DNA from: Alphaproteobacteria bacterium
GTDB taxonomy: Bacteria; Pseudomonadota; Alphaproteobacteria; JBFXJJ01
Length of the DNA stretch: 64,000 nucleotides
Direction of reading: 5' to 3'
Assembly: GCA_050175015.1 (NCBI GenBank)
Contig: JBFXJJ010000004.1
Location: 1 to 64,000, forward strand
The position numbers and the translations under genes were made by a program. Position 1 is the first letter of the stretch; every line of letters begins with the position of its first letter. The notes under the pieces are model-generated. The model was not told the origin of the DNA. It did no database searches and was given only the letters and a program-made list of their open reading frames with translations. Shown here piece after piece: positions 38,975 to 48,702 of the stretch.

Positions 38975-39886
38975 CTAGCTGTTAATTGAAGCAATGTAGG
39001 CATCGTGAAGCTTGAAATTGCTCTCCTTAAATTCTGTAACGACCAAATCATTTTTGACTAACTTTGCTAAAACATCTGATTGCTCATTAATATCGCCTAA
39101 AAAAGAAAAAGATATGCCATCTTCATCTTTTATAATATCTGAAACATTGCTGATATTTTGAAGAATCCCGCAAGCTTTATCGAAATCAGAAACAAGCTTT
39201 AGCATTAATCTTTTAGAAGAAATCGAAGCTTGATTAGTTACATCTTTTTTAACAACAATTTCACCATTTTTAATAACAATCATATCTGTTGCATAATCGT
39301 CTAGTTCCGCAAGAATATGTGAGGATACGACCAAGGTCATACCTTCAGACTTTAATTGCTTAAACAATTTAGAAAGCTCTAGTCTAGCATCAGGATCAAG
39401 CCCCGATGCGGGTTCATCAAGCACTAAGAAATCAGGCTTATGAATAATCGCCTGACCTATGGCTAGTTTCTGCCTTAATCCTCGAGATAAATCACCAGCA
39501 AGATCTTTAATTCTATCAGTTAAACCCAGTCTTTCTGCGGTTATGGCAACGGCTTCATTAATTTTTTCTTCAGGAACATTTTGTGAAAGAGCGGCATAAT
39601 ATAAGCACTTTTCTACAGAAAGAGCGTCATAAAGACCAAAAAAATCTGGTAAATATCCCATATTCTTATGAACTTTTACAGGATTGAGATGAACATCATC
39701 ACCATTAAACCAAACGTTGCCCGCAAAAGGCAGAGTTAGTCCCGTGATACATCTTATTAAAGTTGTTTTCCCTGCTCCATTAGGACCAATTAAAACTGTA
39801 ATACTTCCTTTTTCAATCACAAAATTTAAGCCGTGAAGAACACGTTTATTTGGATATTCATAAATAAGATTTTCAACTTTTAACAT
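38975..39886 (-). CDS. ABC transporter ATP-binding protein (exporter type)
   Basis: Walker A GPNGAGKTT, signature LSRGLRQ, Walker B LVLDEP and SSH switch. Confidence 0.93.
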   Translation of the reverse strand: MLKVENLIYEYPNKRVLHGLNFVIEKGSITVLIGPNGAGKTTLIRCITGLTLPFAGNVWFNGDDVHLNPVKVHKNMGYLPDFFGLYDALSVEKCLYYAALSQNVPEEKINEAVAITAERLGLTDRIKDLAGDLSRGLRQKLAIGQAIIHKPDFLVLDEPASGLDPDARLELSKLFKQLKSEGMTLVVSSHILAELDDYATDMIVIKNGEIVVKKDVTNQASISSKRLMLKLVSDFDKACGILQNISNVSDIIKDEDGISFSFLGDINEQSDVLAKLVKNDLVVTEFKESNFKLHDAYIASINS

Positions 39887-39968
39887 TTATTTACTCCCAA
39901 TATTGCAGAATATCTCTTATAATATTTTTAAATCATTATCTTGTTTTTCTAGAAAGATTATAAACTAT

Positions 39969-41288
39969 ATGACAGCTTCGCCAATAATATTGTGGTTTAA
40001 AGATGATTTTAGATTTGTCGACAATGCGGCTTTAAATGCCGCAGCTAAAACAAAACGGACTATAATTCCCATTATTATAAGCGACAAAAAATTAAACCCC
40101 AAGGCTAAAGAATGGCGTCTATCATCAGTAAGCAGTTTAGCAAAAAAAATTAATACCTTGCAAGGAAACTTATATTACTTTGATGATGAGAACAAAAGCT
40201 TACAAGAAACAATAATTCTAATCTGCCGCCTTACCAGCGCATCAGAAATATATACTTCAGAAAGTGCTTCTTTTAACAAGTCGGAAAAAGAATTTGAACT
40301 GCAAAAAGAACTTAGCAAAAACAATCTTTTGCTGCATATCAGTCCACCTAATCTTTTAGTAGCTAGAGATGCTGTACGCAATAAAACAGGCAATCCATAT
40401 CAAAAATTTGCAGGCTTTTATAATCGATTACTAGAATTAGACATAGAAACGCCTGTTTCAGCACCAAAGGATATTAACTTTTATAACTCCTCTGATTTAG
40501 AAAAATATATTTTCAAGCAATATACCAAGCCAAATAATTTTTATGCTCAGCCTGGGGAAGAAGGCGCTTTTTCTGTTTTAGAATATTTTATAAAAAATAG
40601 GCTTAAAGATTATAGTGTTAATCGGGAATTTCCAGCCATCACGGGAACCTCTATGCTCTCGCCATACATCGCTTTAGGTGAGATTTCAGTAAAAACTATC
40701 TGGCATACTGTAAAACAAAGCTTTTTAGAACAAGATAAAATTTCATTTTTGCGGCAAGTCGTATGGAGAGAATTCTGTTATGATTTACTCAAGAGATATC
40801 CCAATATGGCAGAAAAACCAATTCGAGACAATTTTGCAAGTTTTCCTTGGACTTTTGATAAAGAGCTTTTTGAAAAATGGCAAAATGGAATTACAGGATA
40901 CCCTCTAGTCGATGCAGGTATAAGAGAGTTAAATCAAACAGGATATATGCATAACAGAGTGCGAATGATAACCGCATCATTTTTAACAAAGCACTTATTA
41001 ATACCGTGGCAATTCGGTGAAAAATATTTTAAAGAGAAACTATTAGATTATGATGAAGCCAACAACGCTGGCAACTGGCAGTGGGTAGCTGGCTGTGGAA
41101 TGGATTCTGCACCTTTTTTCCGTATATTTAACCCCGAATTACAAGCACAGAAATTTGATTCCAAACAAGAATATATTTTAAAATATATCCCTGAATTTTT
41201 TACCAGCTATCCTAAGCCAATTGTTAATCACCAAAAAGCTAGAGAAGCTGCTCTTACAGCTTATCATACCAATCTGGGTCGAATTTAA
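39969..41288 (+). CDS. phrB: Deoxyribodipyrimidine (CPD) photolyase
   Basis: ILWFKDDFRFVDN, TSMLSPY, WREF, TGYPLVDAGIREL...MHNRVRM and NWQW...APFFRIFNP motifs. Start placed at ATG 39969. Confidence 0.9.
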   Translation: MTASPIILWFKDDFRFVDNAALNAAAKTKRTIIPIIISDKKLNPKAKEWRLSSVSSLAKKINTLQGNLYYFDDENKSLQETIILICRLTSASEIYTSESASFNKSEKEFELQKELSKNNLLLHISPPNLLVARDAVRNKTGNPYQKFAGFYNRLLELDIETPVSAPKDINFYNSSDLEKYIFKQYTKPNNFYAQPGEEGAFSVLEYFIKNRLKDYSVNREFPAITGTSMLSPYIALGEISVKTIWHTVKQSFLEQDKISFLRQVVWREFCYDLLKRYPNMAEKPIRDNFASFPWTFDKELFEKWQNGITGYPLVDAGIRELNQTGYMHNRVRMITASFLTKHLLIPWQFGEKYFKEKLLDYDEANNAGNWQWVAGCGMDSAPFFRIFNPELQAQKFDSKQEYILKYIPEFFTSYPKPIVNHQKAREAALTAYHTNLGRI

Positions 41289-42324
41289 CCTTAGAACGAA
41301 TTTCTTTTAGACTTTCAAGCCATTCTTTATTAGCTCTAGTTCCGCCAACGACTTCCTGACGAGCATTATAAATATCTGGCGACATAAATCTCTTAAGTTT
41401 TGCTCTCTGATCGTCGTCCATCAAACCAAAAGCAAAGTCAATGATATGGCACATAGCACATTCTTTAGCAAAAGTAAGACCATCTTCAAGTTTAATAGCA
41501 ACGCCAAGACCAAGAGCTGGAACCATCGCTATTTCGGTTCCTCTATTTCCTTGTTTGCAAACAACGCCTTTTAAAACCGCCGTAGAGGTAGAGTCAAAGC
41601 ATTTATTACCGCCATAATAATCAGGATATTTCATCATAGCTTTTATAATTTTGCGGCAGGCAGCAGCTTTTTTATCATCTAAGACTTCAGGTTTAGCAAA
41701 TTTGGCATAAGCTCTAGCAACTTCTCTTCTAGTAAAAGCAAAGGCAGGAACACCGCAGCCTTCAGTTGCTACTTCAGCTTTGTCCATATCGGCTTCAGTC
41801 ATTTCACCTAAAGTTTTTTTGACGAGCTGTTGAATTGGGTGATCTAACTCAATATAATTTTTTAAAGGAAATCCTAAAAATTTAGATACCGTTAAAAAGT
41901 TGGTATGTTTTCCTGAACAATTATTGTGAATTGGACGATATTCGGTTATCCCTCTTCTGATTAAAACATCAAAATTAGTATCATAGTTAGGAGGACCACA
42001 TTCTAACAAGTCCTCTGACAAACCAACGCGAGTAAGCCAATTAGCAATCGTTTCTTCTTGAAAATCTTCCCCGTAATGTGAAGAACAGCCAACCGCCAAC
42101 TCTTTTTCTGTTATATTAAAAAAATCGGCAGCACCTGATACAATTAATGGAATCTCCTGCATAGGTTTTGCGGCTGACCTAATAAATACAGCTTCATCAA
42201 TATCACCATAAGAAGCAAGGACTTCTCCTTCTGAACTAATTATAGCAACACTTCCTCTGTGCCTCGTTTCAACAACATTCCCCCTTACAACTTCAACTAA
42301 GACAGGGTTTGCTTTTTTTTCCAT
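41254..42324 (-). CDS. L-asparaginase, Rhizobium etli AnsA-type (class 3)
   Basis: RSAAKP, CSSH and HNNCSGKH motifs plus GCGVP; overlaps the photolyase 3' end by 35 nt. Confidence 0.85.
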   Translation of the reverse strand: MEKKANPVLVEVVRGNVVETRHRGSVAIISSEGEVLASYGDIDEAVFIRSAAKPMQEIPLIVSGAADFFNITEKELAVGCSSHYGEDFQEETIANWLTRVGLSEDLLECGPPNYDTNFDVLIRRGITEYRPIHNNCSGKHTNFLTVSKFLGFPLKNYIELDHPIQQLVKKTLGEMTEADMDKAEVATEGCGVPAFAFTRREVARAYAKFAKPEVLDDKKAAACRKIIKAMMKYPDYYGGNKCFDSTSTAVLKGVVCKQGNRGTEIAMVPALGLGVAIKLEDGLTFAKECAMCHIIDFAFGLMDDDQRAKLKRFMSPDIYNARQEVVGGTRANKEWLESLKEIRSKVKFDPDWYDKL

Positions 42325-42428
42325 TATAAAAACTCCTAAGTTTTAAAAAATACTTACTTATAAAAAAGAAACGGCTTTGCTTCTTTTTATTTAATATGAT
42401 TATTAAGAATCAATATCAGGGCTAAATA

Positions 42429-43397
42429 TTAGGTTACTTCGGTAACAGCCCTTAGGTTACCTTCGCGGTTAATCTGCACAACTCTGAGTTTTTCTCTCAT
42501 TTCAGCAATAGTTTTTACTCTATCAATCGTAGGGTACGTGTGCAAAATACGATCACAAAAAGCCTTATAGGCCTGCTCTGAACTTTCGGCGTGGATAGTT
42601 GCAAAACAGTTATCGTGACCAGAACCCATAAGTTCCCATAGCGCTCCGGCGTTAGCCGTTGAAATTTCACCGCCGATAATAGCATCAGGAGTAAAACGCA
42701 CTATAAGGTCAATAACTTTAGCATAGTTTAAGTTGTTTGTCTGCTCTGTTCTGGAAAGAACAACGTGAACTCTATTTGGATGGGGAACAATAAGTTCCCT
42801 TGTATCTTCAACTGTTATAACCCGTTTATGAATATCAAGTATCTTCAAAAGATTGTTTAAGAATGTGGTTTTACCTGTTGCCGTAGCACCACTGACTAAA
42901 ATGTGATCGCCACGCTTAATAGATAAGAGCAGTCTTTCATAAGGATCGTCTGGCATTTCTATTTCTTTAAGAGCATTAATACGGTGAAGTCTTTCGCCTT
43001 GTCTTAAACCATAATCCTGCAAACCAAATGCAACATCGTCGGCGTGAACACGAATAGCTAAAGAAACACCGCCTGTTAAATCCTTATTATCATACATTAC
43101 GTTACGGCCGCATATCGCAGAAAAACGGTGATCTCCAGGCAATGTCGCATACAGCACAGGAGTTCCTCTTTCTGGATCAAAATCAAGCTCATATGTATTA
43201 GCAATAATATGGAGTAAATCATTTAAATAGGTACGAGATAGTTTGGGGTCTTTCTGACAAGCCCAAGGATGCGCTCTTTTACCTCTAAGTCTAAGCCAAA
43301 TCTCTCCAGGACAATTAATTGCGACTTCTTCAACATTATCTTGGTTATACCAATATGAAAGATTACGTAGAACAGATTCTAAAACAAAAAAAGACAT
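42429..43397 (-). CDS. virB11: VirB11-family type IV secretion ATPase
   Basis: EEVAIN.PG, Walker A GATATGKTT, Asp box TVEDTRE, Walker B RFTPDAIIGGE and His box SGH...TIHAES; follows the VirB10-domain gene. Confidence 0.88.
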   Translation of the reverse strand: MSFFVLESVLRNLSYWYNQDNVEEVAINCPGEIWLRLRGKRAHPWACQKDPKLSRTYLNDLLHIIANTYELDFDPERGTPVLYATLPGDHRFSAICGRNVMYDNKDLTGGVSLAIRVHADDVAFGLQDYGLRQGERLHRINALKEIEMPDDPYERLLLSIKRGDHILVSGATATGKTTFLNNLLKILDIHKRVITVEDTRELIVPHPNRVHVVLSRTEQTNNLNYAKVIDLIVRFTPDAIIGGEISTANAGALWELMGSGHDNCFATIHAESSEQAYKAFCDRILHTYPTIDRVKTIAEMREKLRVVQINREGNLRAVTEVT

Positions 43398-43416
43398 TTT
43401 TAACCTCCATTAAACG

Positions 43417-46400
43417 CTAAAATAATTCAACGCTTTGACTTGCTGACGGAGCTGGCGCTGTTGTTTTGCTACCAGCTGTAGTTCCCTGTTGCCCTGTGGC
43501 CTGAGGAGTTGTCGTGGTTGTCGACGACGAAGGCCCTGGAGGCGGAATATAAGGCGTTACAACTTGCTGCTGAGTACCATCTTGGGCTCGTGGCTGAACG
43601 TCCATATCAAGCGTTCTTCTATCAAGTCTTTCTTCTTCTTCCTGCTTATCTCCAAAGAGACGGCTCTTACCATCATCAGTAACTCTAGATTCATTATATT
43701 TTGTAATAAGTTCTGTTGCAGCTGTTGCCGCATCCTTAAGCCATAAATCTGTTCCTGGGAATACCGTAAGTCTTGTACCTGCTGGGATAAACATAACAAT
43801 ATCCAAATTGCCAACATCTTCCAGAATATCGGTAAAAATTTCGTTGAATTTTTCTTTAAAGTCATCACGAGCATCATTCGCGGCTTCAGCTTTAGCCGAT
43901 AACGTTGTTACACCATCTGAAGTTGACGTTTCATCATCTGTAGTTAACAAATAAAGAACAGCACCACTGCCAATAGATGATAACAAAGGCAAACCATAGC
44001 GTCTAACAATCTGTAAATCCACATATCCTACAACACCACCGCGTCCTTGAGCATCACCCGATACCGAACCTTCTAAATCAAACGCAGCCCCATCTGGCCT
44101 TATAAGTCTTGACCACGTAATTTGGACTTTAGGTGAAGCCTTAGAGTTAGTGTCAGCACCAGAGACCTGCCCCATTAAACGGCTTCCAGATGGTATGACA
44201 ATATTGCGGCCATCATCACCATAGATATTTCTCTCAACTACAGCGGTTACAGGCACAGGATTTCGAGAATCATACGCTCTTACAAGAACGGCTGGAATAG
44301 GTTTATCGGCAGCAATCATATTGCTTCGGTCAACAGGAAGTGTAGACATAGCCTTGCTCCACTGCAAATCAGACCAATCTATACCTTTTCCCTGTTTTAT
44401 TGCTTCTAAGCGTTTTATAAGTTCTTCATTCCCTCTGTCAAAGCTTGACGGAATATTTGCAGGAATAGCCTTTGCCATTCTTGCTTGCTGCATTCTTCTA
44501 AGAAGCGCTAAATTGTCATTACTATATCTTTCTCCTGGTCCAAAACCGCCGCCTGGACCAAGATAGCCTCCAGGTCCCTCGCCTGTACCGTAAAGTCCCC
44601 CATTGCCAGTTGTTCCTTTAGGAACAAAGAAACCATCTGTTTTTTCTTCCTCGTCTTCAACAACTATGGCTTCTTTATCTTTAAATTTTTTACGGTCTTC
44701 TTCCAAAGCTTCTTCGACATCAATTTTTTCTTTATAGCCATACATCAGTTCTTCAGGAATAACTTCTGGAAGAGGAAGATTGCGCCAGTCTCTTCTGATA
44801 TAGCCCATAAGATTATTATCCTTATCGAAAGCCTTACCTTCCTGATTGACACTACCTATAATCATATTGTTAACATCAAAAACTGCATTCTTAGCATTCA
44901 TAATACCAACATAACGATTTTGTAAGTCTCTAACAAAATTATCGGGATCGGCGAAACCTTGAACCACATTATCATTATCGCCAAAAAGACCATTAGGATA
45001 AACCCTGCCAATTACGCCACCATTATAACCTATAACTTGGCTATCAGATCTCATAATACCTGCAATTCTTCCTGATTTATCAAATATAAATAGACCTTTA
45101 TCCAAAGAACCTGCGATTTTTTGGTCTTTATCTAGAATTAAATCATCTTGAGGTTCACCCAAAACATCACCTGCTTGATTTTCTGGCTTATTATCAAAAG
45201 AATAACGTCCAACTATAGTACCAGCAGCGTTTCTTATAACTCTATCGTTATAAACTGCGCCGATGGTTTTGCCAGACACATCTATTACTAAACCGTCAGG
45301 AAGAGCTGTTCCAACAAACTCATCTTTATCATTAACCGTTCTTCTATCAGGCAAAGCCTTTGCTACCCAATCGCCTCGAGCATCAAGAACCCTCCAGTAG
45401 TTACCCTCTTTTACTGGCGGTTTTGTGCCTGAGAAATAACCAATAATACTTCCTTCAAGATCGATAGCAACACCATCATAATTCAACTTGCCGATAATCT
45501 TGCCAAAGTCATCTCTAACCCACCGGTCTCCACCAGCTAAAACTTCACCAACAACCTCTTGTTTGCTGTTAATGACAACTTTATCTGCCCTTGCCTGTCC
45601 TATAATAATATTAGTTTTAGGTTCAATAACAGTACCATCAAGCAAATGCACACCGATTACTTTTCCCGTTGGGTCTAAAACAAAGTTAGTATCTGCAAGC
45701 TTTTGTTCATCAACAAACAAGTTTGATTTATAAATAACGTTTTCTACTTTATTATAAGCAATATTATCTTTCTTGCTTATAAGATGTCCTATTATGTTCT
45801 GCTCAAAATCTAGAACAGTACCGTCATTTTTAATCCGTCCTATTTCTTTATTATTCAAATTAACCACAGTGCCATCAACATTGGCTATTCCAATAATTTT
45901 CTTATCTTGATTAATGATATACCCATTAAAAGCAGTTGTTCCGATAATCTTTTTATTATGATCTACAATATCGCCACTGAGCCTTACATGACCCATATTT
46001 TTGCCATGTTCATCAAAAACATAGCCATCTTTCTTGATTTCACCTATAGTTTGGCCTAATTTATCAATAGCAAGACCACTTGGAAGAAGCTGACCAACAA
46101 TATTATTCTCGGCATTTCTAATGTTCTTCTTATCATAAACAGCGCCAATAATACGACCGTCAGAATCTAATACTGTACCATCATATTGAACCTGTCCTAT
46201 CTGCTTCTTGTCAAGATCATAGGCTTTCCCATCAGCGGTTATTCTTCCAAGAATTTCATCATCTCGGTCTCTAATTAAGTCATCAGATATAATCTCGCCC
46301 AACAGAAAATTATCATTATCAACAACACGATTATCGGGCATAATTTTACCAATATCTCTTAGATTATTATCTAGAACTAAGCCGTTAGAAAGCATTCGTC

Positions 46401-48699
46401 CAATCAAGTGCCCTTCAAATCCTAAGGCTAAAGCGCTTTGAATAACCCTGCCAATTACTTTTTTTTGCCCATCTATAACCGTTTTATTGGGAAGCGTTCT
46501 TCCTATAATGCGGCTTTTATCATCAACGACATCACCATTATAAAGAACCCGTCCTAAATATTCCGTATCAAGACCGATAACATCACCTAATGGCACAATA
46601 GAACCGACAGGTTCAGTCCTAGAATCAAGAACAACACCGTTTTTAACAACACAGCCAACCACTTCGTTTTTAGCTATGTTAATAACTTTGCCCGAAGGAT
46701 TAGCTACACCAATAACTTCACCATTATCATCAATAGCTATGCCCTTTTCTAAATAAGAGCCTATTACCAACCCCTTATTATTAACGACTTCCTTATTCTG
46801 CAAAACCCGTCCAATGTTGATTCCTCTACGGTTTTTTACACCGCCATCAGTCTCAATAACACCAAGTAAATCGCATTGATCACTTACCGCTTGTCCAAAG
46901 GGAATGACACTTGCAATTAATTCACCATTGTTATCAATAACATTGTTATCGTCGATTACACGCCCAATAGAATATCCTGAGGGATCTACTACAGAGCCAT
47001 CTAACCTTAGACGACCGATAACTTTTCCACCTTGGACAACAATTCCATCTTGGATAACTCGCCCAAGTACAGGCATAAAATAATCTGATTTTCCTTCTTT
47101 GTATGCCACGACCGAATTATCTGCCAATATTTTAGCGCTTATTTCGCGCTGATTATTTAAAATATTGCCGTCAGGCATAACAGAACCAATTGTGTAGCCT
47201 TTGTTATCAACCGCGAGCCCGTTTTCTACCACCTTGCCAATAAATTGTCCCTTGGAATCAAAAACGTTGCCATACCATAACGCTTTTCCTAATTCTTTAT
47301 TGTCATTGGTAACAACCCTGCCGTTTTCTAAGACTCTACCTATTAAAGCTCCATTAACGCCTATAACATTGTTTTCGTGGATAATACTGCCCTTAACCGC
47401 TCCCGTATCATCAAAAACTATCCCAAAAAAGCTTGTTTTACCCAATTTAGCGTTTTTCTCTATGTAACTGCCATCAGGAGCAACCTTATCAACAACACTG
47501 CCATCTAACCCAACAATAAGACCTTCATCAAGAACCCCGCCAAGCATCTTACCTGTGCTATCAACTGCCATTTTATTAGGATTAGCAACACCTATATTTT
47601 TTCCTAAATAATCAGAAACACTACTATTGGCCATAACATGGCCTTTAATATTCCCGACAGAATCAAAAACAATACCTTTCGGCGCAACACCACCTTTAAT
47701 TGCTCCTTGGGTATCCATCATCAAACCATTAGGCAAAACACTTCCTACAATTTTTTTATTGGAATCAGCCACATTGCCATCAGGCATAACTTGCCCTATG
47801 AATTCACCGTCAATATTAACAACTACAGCTCCTTCTCTAACCAAAGTTCCTAAATAGTTGCCTCTTTCATTAATAACGTGCCCCCTAGGAAGCACACGTC
47901 CAATGCTTATTTCTTCATTACTTATTACTTGGCCATCTATCCTAGCTCTGCCTAGGTATTCTCCTCTGCTTGACAGAGCAAAACCTAACGGCATAAGCTC
48001 ACCAAAGACCTTGTCTTCAATCGATTTAGCAGTGTTAGCAAAAACCATTTTACCAACGATCTTGTTATCTGATGATGTAATAGAACCGTCAGGCATAATC
48101 GAACCTATAACATCTCCGTTATAAGATGCGACAGTTCCTTGATAAAGAATGCTTCCTATGGGCAAATCAGCTTCAACCTCAACAGGTGACTTACGATAGA
48201 CAGTACCATCAGGCATAACATAACCAGTTTTAATACCTCGATTGTCAACGAAATCACCCTCAGAAATAACTCTGCCAATAACTTCACCAAAACTATCAAT
48301 TACTGGAGCTGGTTTTATAACCCTTCCTATAATATTGTTAGCCTTGTTAAAGACCGTACCATCAGGAGCAGCTTTTCCAATATTTTTGCTGGTTTTAGAA
48401 CTAACCGTGCCATCAGGCATAACTCTTCCTAAAACTTTTCTATCATTAGCAATAACAACACCTTGAGAAAGCAGCCCGCCTATAATTTTTTTGCTTTTAT
48501 CGATAACATATCCATCAGAAAGGAGCATACCTATAACGTCTTCATTATTATCAATGACAACACCATCAGGCATAACATAACCAAGAAAACTACCATCTAA
48601 AGCAACAACGGAATCTTGATTAGCGCAGGCAATATTAGAGCGCAAGGTTAGCATCAAGCCAACCATCAAAAGCACCAATTTTGCCCTTAGTATCCTCAA
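43417..48699 (-). CDS. virB10: Giant VirB10/TrbI-domain protein with about 1270 aa of N-terminal beta-repeats
   Basis: TTG start with SD GGAG; signal-like N-terminus ending ACA; ~17-aa DGxVxDxxGxxIGxV repeats. C-terminal VirB10 motifs IPAVL, VERNIYGDDGRNIVIPSGSRLMG, ITWSRLIRPDG, DAQGRGGVVGYVD, antenna helix and IPAGTRLTVF. Confidence 0.85.
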   Translation of the reverse strand: MRILRAKLVLLMVGLMLTLRSNIACANQDSVVALDGSFLGYVMPDGVVIDNNEDVIGMLLSDGYVIDKSKKIIGGLLSQGVVIANDRKVLGRVMPDGTVSSKTSKNIGKAAPDGTVFNKANNIIGRVIKPAPVIDSFGEVIGRVISEGDFVDNRGIKTGYVMPDGTVYRKSPVEVEADLPIGSILYQGTVASYNGDVIGSIMPDGSITSSDNKIVGKMVFANTAKSIEDKVFGELMPLGFALSSRGEYLGRARIDGQVISNEEISIGRVLPRGHVINERGNYLGTLVREGAVVVNIDGEFIGQVMPDGNVADSNKKIVGSVLPNGLMMDTQGAIKGGVAPKGIVFDSVGNIKGHVMANSSVSDYLGKNIGVANPNKMAVDSTGKMLGGVLDEGLIVGLDGSVVDKVAPDGSYIEKNAKLGKTSFFGIVFDDTGAVKGSIIHENNVIGVNGALIGRVLENGRVVTNDNKELGKALWYGNVFDSKGQFIGKVVENGLAVDNKGYTIGSVMPDGNILNNQREISAKILADNSVVAYKEGKSDYFMPVLGRVIQDGIVVQGGKVIGRLRLDGSVVDPSGYSIGRVIDDNNVIDNNGELIASVIPFGQAVSDQCDLLGVIETDGGVKNRRGINIGRVLQNKEVVNNKGLVIGSYLEKGIAIDDNGEVIGVANPSGKVINIAKNEVVGCVVKNGVVLDSRTEPVGSIVPLGDVIGLDTEYLGRVLYNGDVVDDKSRIIGRTLPNKTVIDGQKKVIGRVIQSALALGFEGHLIGRMLSNGLVLDNNLRDIGKIMPDNRVVDNDNFLLGEIISDDLIRDRDDEILGRITADGKAYDLDKKQIGQVQYDGTVLDSDGRIIGAVYDKKNIRNAENNIVGQLLPSGLAIDKLGQTIGEIKKDGYVFDEHGKNMGHVRLSGDIVDHNKKIIGTTAFNGYIINQDKKIIGIANVDGTVVNLNNKEIGRIKNDGTVLDFEQNIIGHLISKKDNIAYNKVENVIYKSNLFVDEQKLADTNFVLDPTGKVIGVHLLDGTVIEPKTNIIIGQARADKVVINSKQEVVGEVLAGGDRWVRDDFGKIIGKLNYDGVAIDLEGSIIGYFSGTKPPVKEGNYWRVLDARGDWVAKALPDRRTVNDKDEFVGTALPDGLVIDVSGKTIGAVYNDRVIRNAAGTIVGRYSFDNKPENQAGDVLGEPQDDLILDKDQKIAGSLDKGLFIFDKSGRIAGIMRSDSQVIGYNGGVIGRVYPNGLFGDNDNVVQGFADPDNFVRDLQNRYVGIMNAKNAVFDVNNMIIGSVNQEGKAFDKDNNLMGYIRRDWRNLPLPEVIPEELMYGYKEKIDVEEALEEDRKKFKDKEAIVVEDEEEKTDGFFVPKGTTGNGGLYGTGEGPGGYLGPGGGFGPGERYSNDNLALLRRMQQARMAKAIPANIPSSFDRGNEELIKRLEAIKQGKGIDWSDLQWSKAMSTLPVDRSNMIAADKPIPAVLVRAYDSRNPVPVTAVVERNIYGDDGRNIVIPSGSRLMGQVSGADTNSKASPKVQITWSRLIRPDGAAFDLEGSVSGDAQGRGGVVGYVDLQIVRRYGLPLLSSIGSGAVLYLLTTDDETSTSDGVTTLSAKAEAANDARDDFKEKFNEIFTDILEDVGNLDIVMFIPAGTRLTVFPGTDLWLKDAATAATELITKYNESRVTDDGKSRLFGDKQEEEERLDRRTLDMDVQPRAQDGTQQQVVTPYIPPPGPSSSTTTTTPQATGQQGTTAGSKTTAPAPSASQSVELF
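44790..48620 (-). repeat. Degenerate ~17-aa (51-nt) coding repeat array in virB10
   Basis: Continuous PDGxVxDxxGxxIGxV-like units, roughly 70-75 by length estimate; boundaries approximate. Confidence 0.85.
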
Positions 48700-48702
48700 A
48701 TA

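Noticed and set aside
42429-43397. ATPase as TadA/CpaF of a Tad pilus
   Set aside because: It is short (322 aa), has no tadB/C or secretin nearby, and lies directly after VirB8/B9/B10 homologs, so VirB11 fits better.
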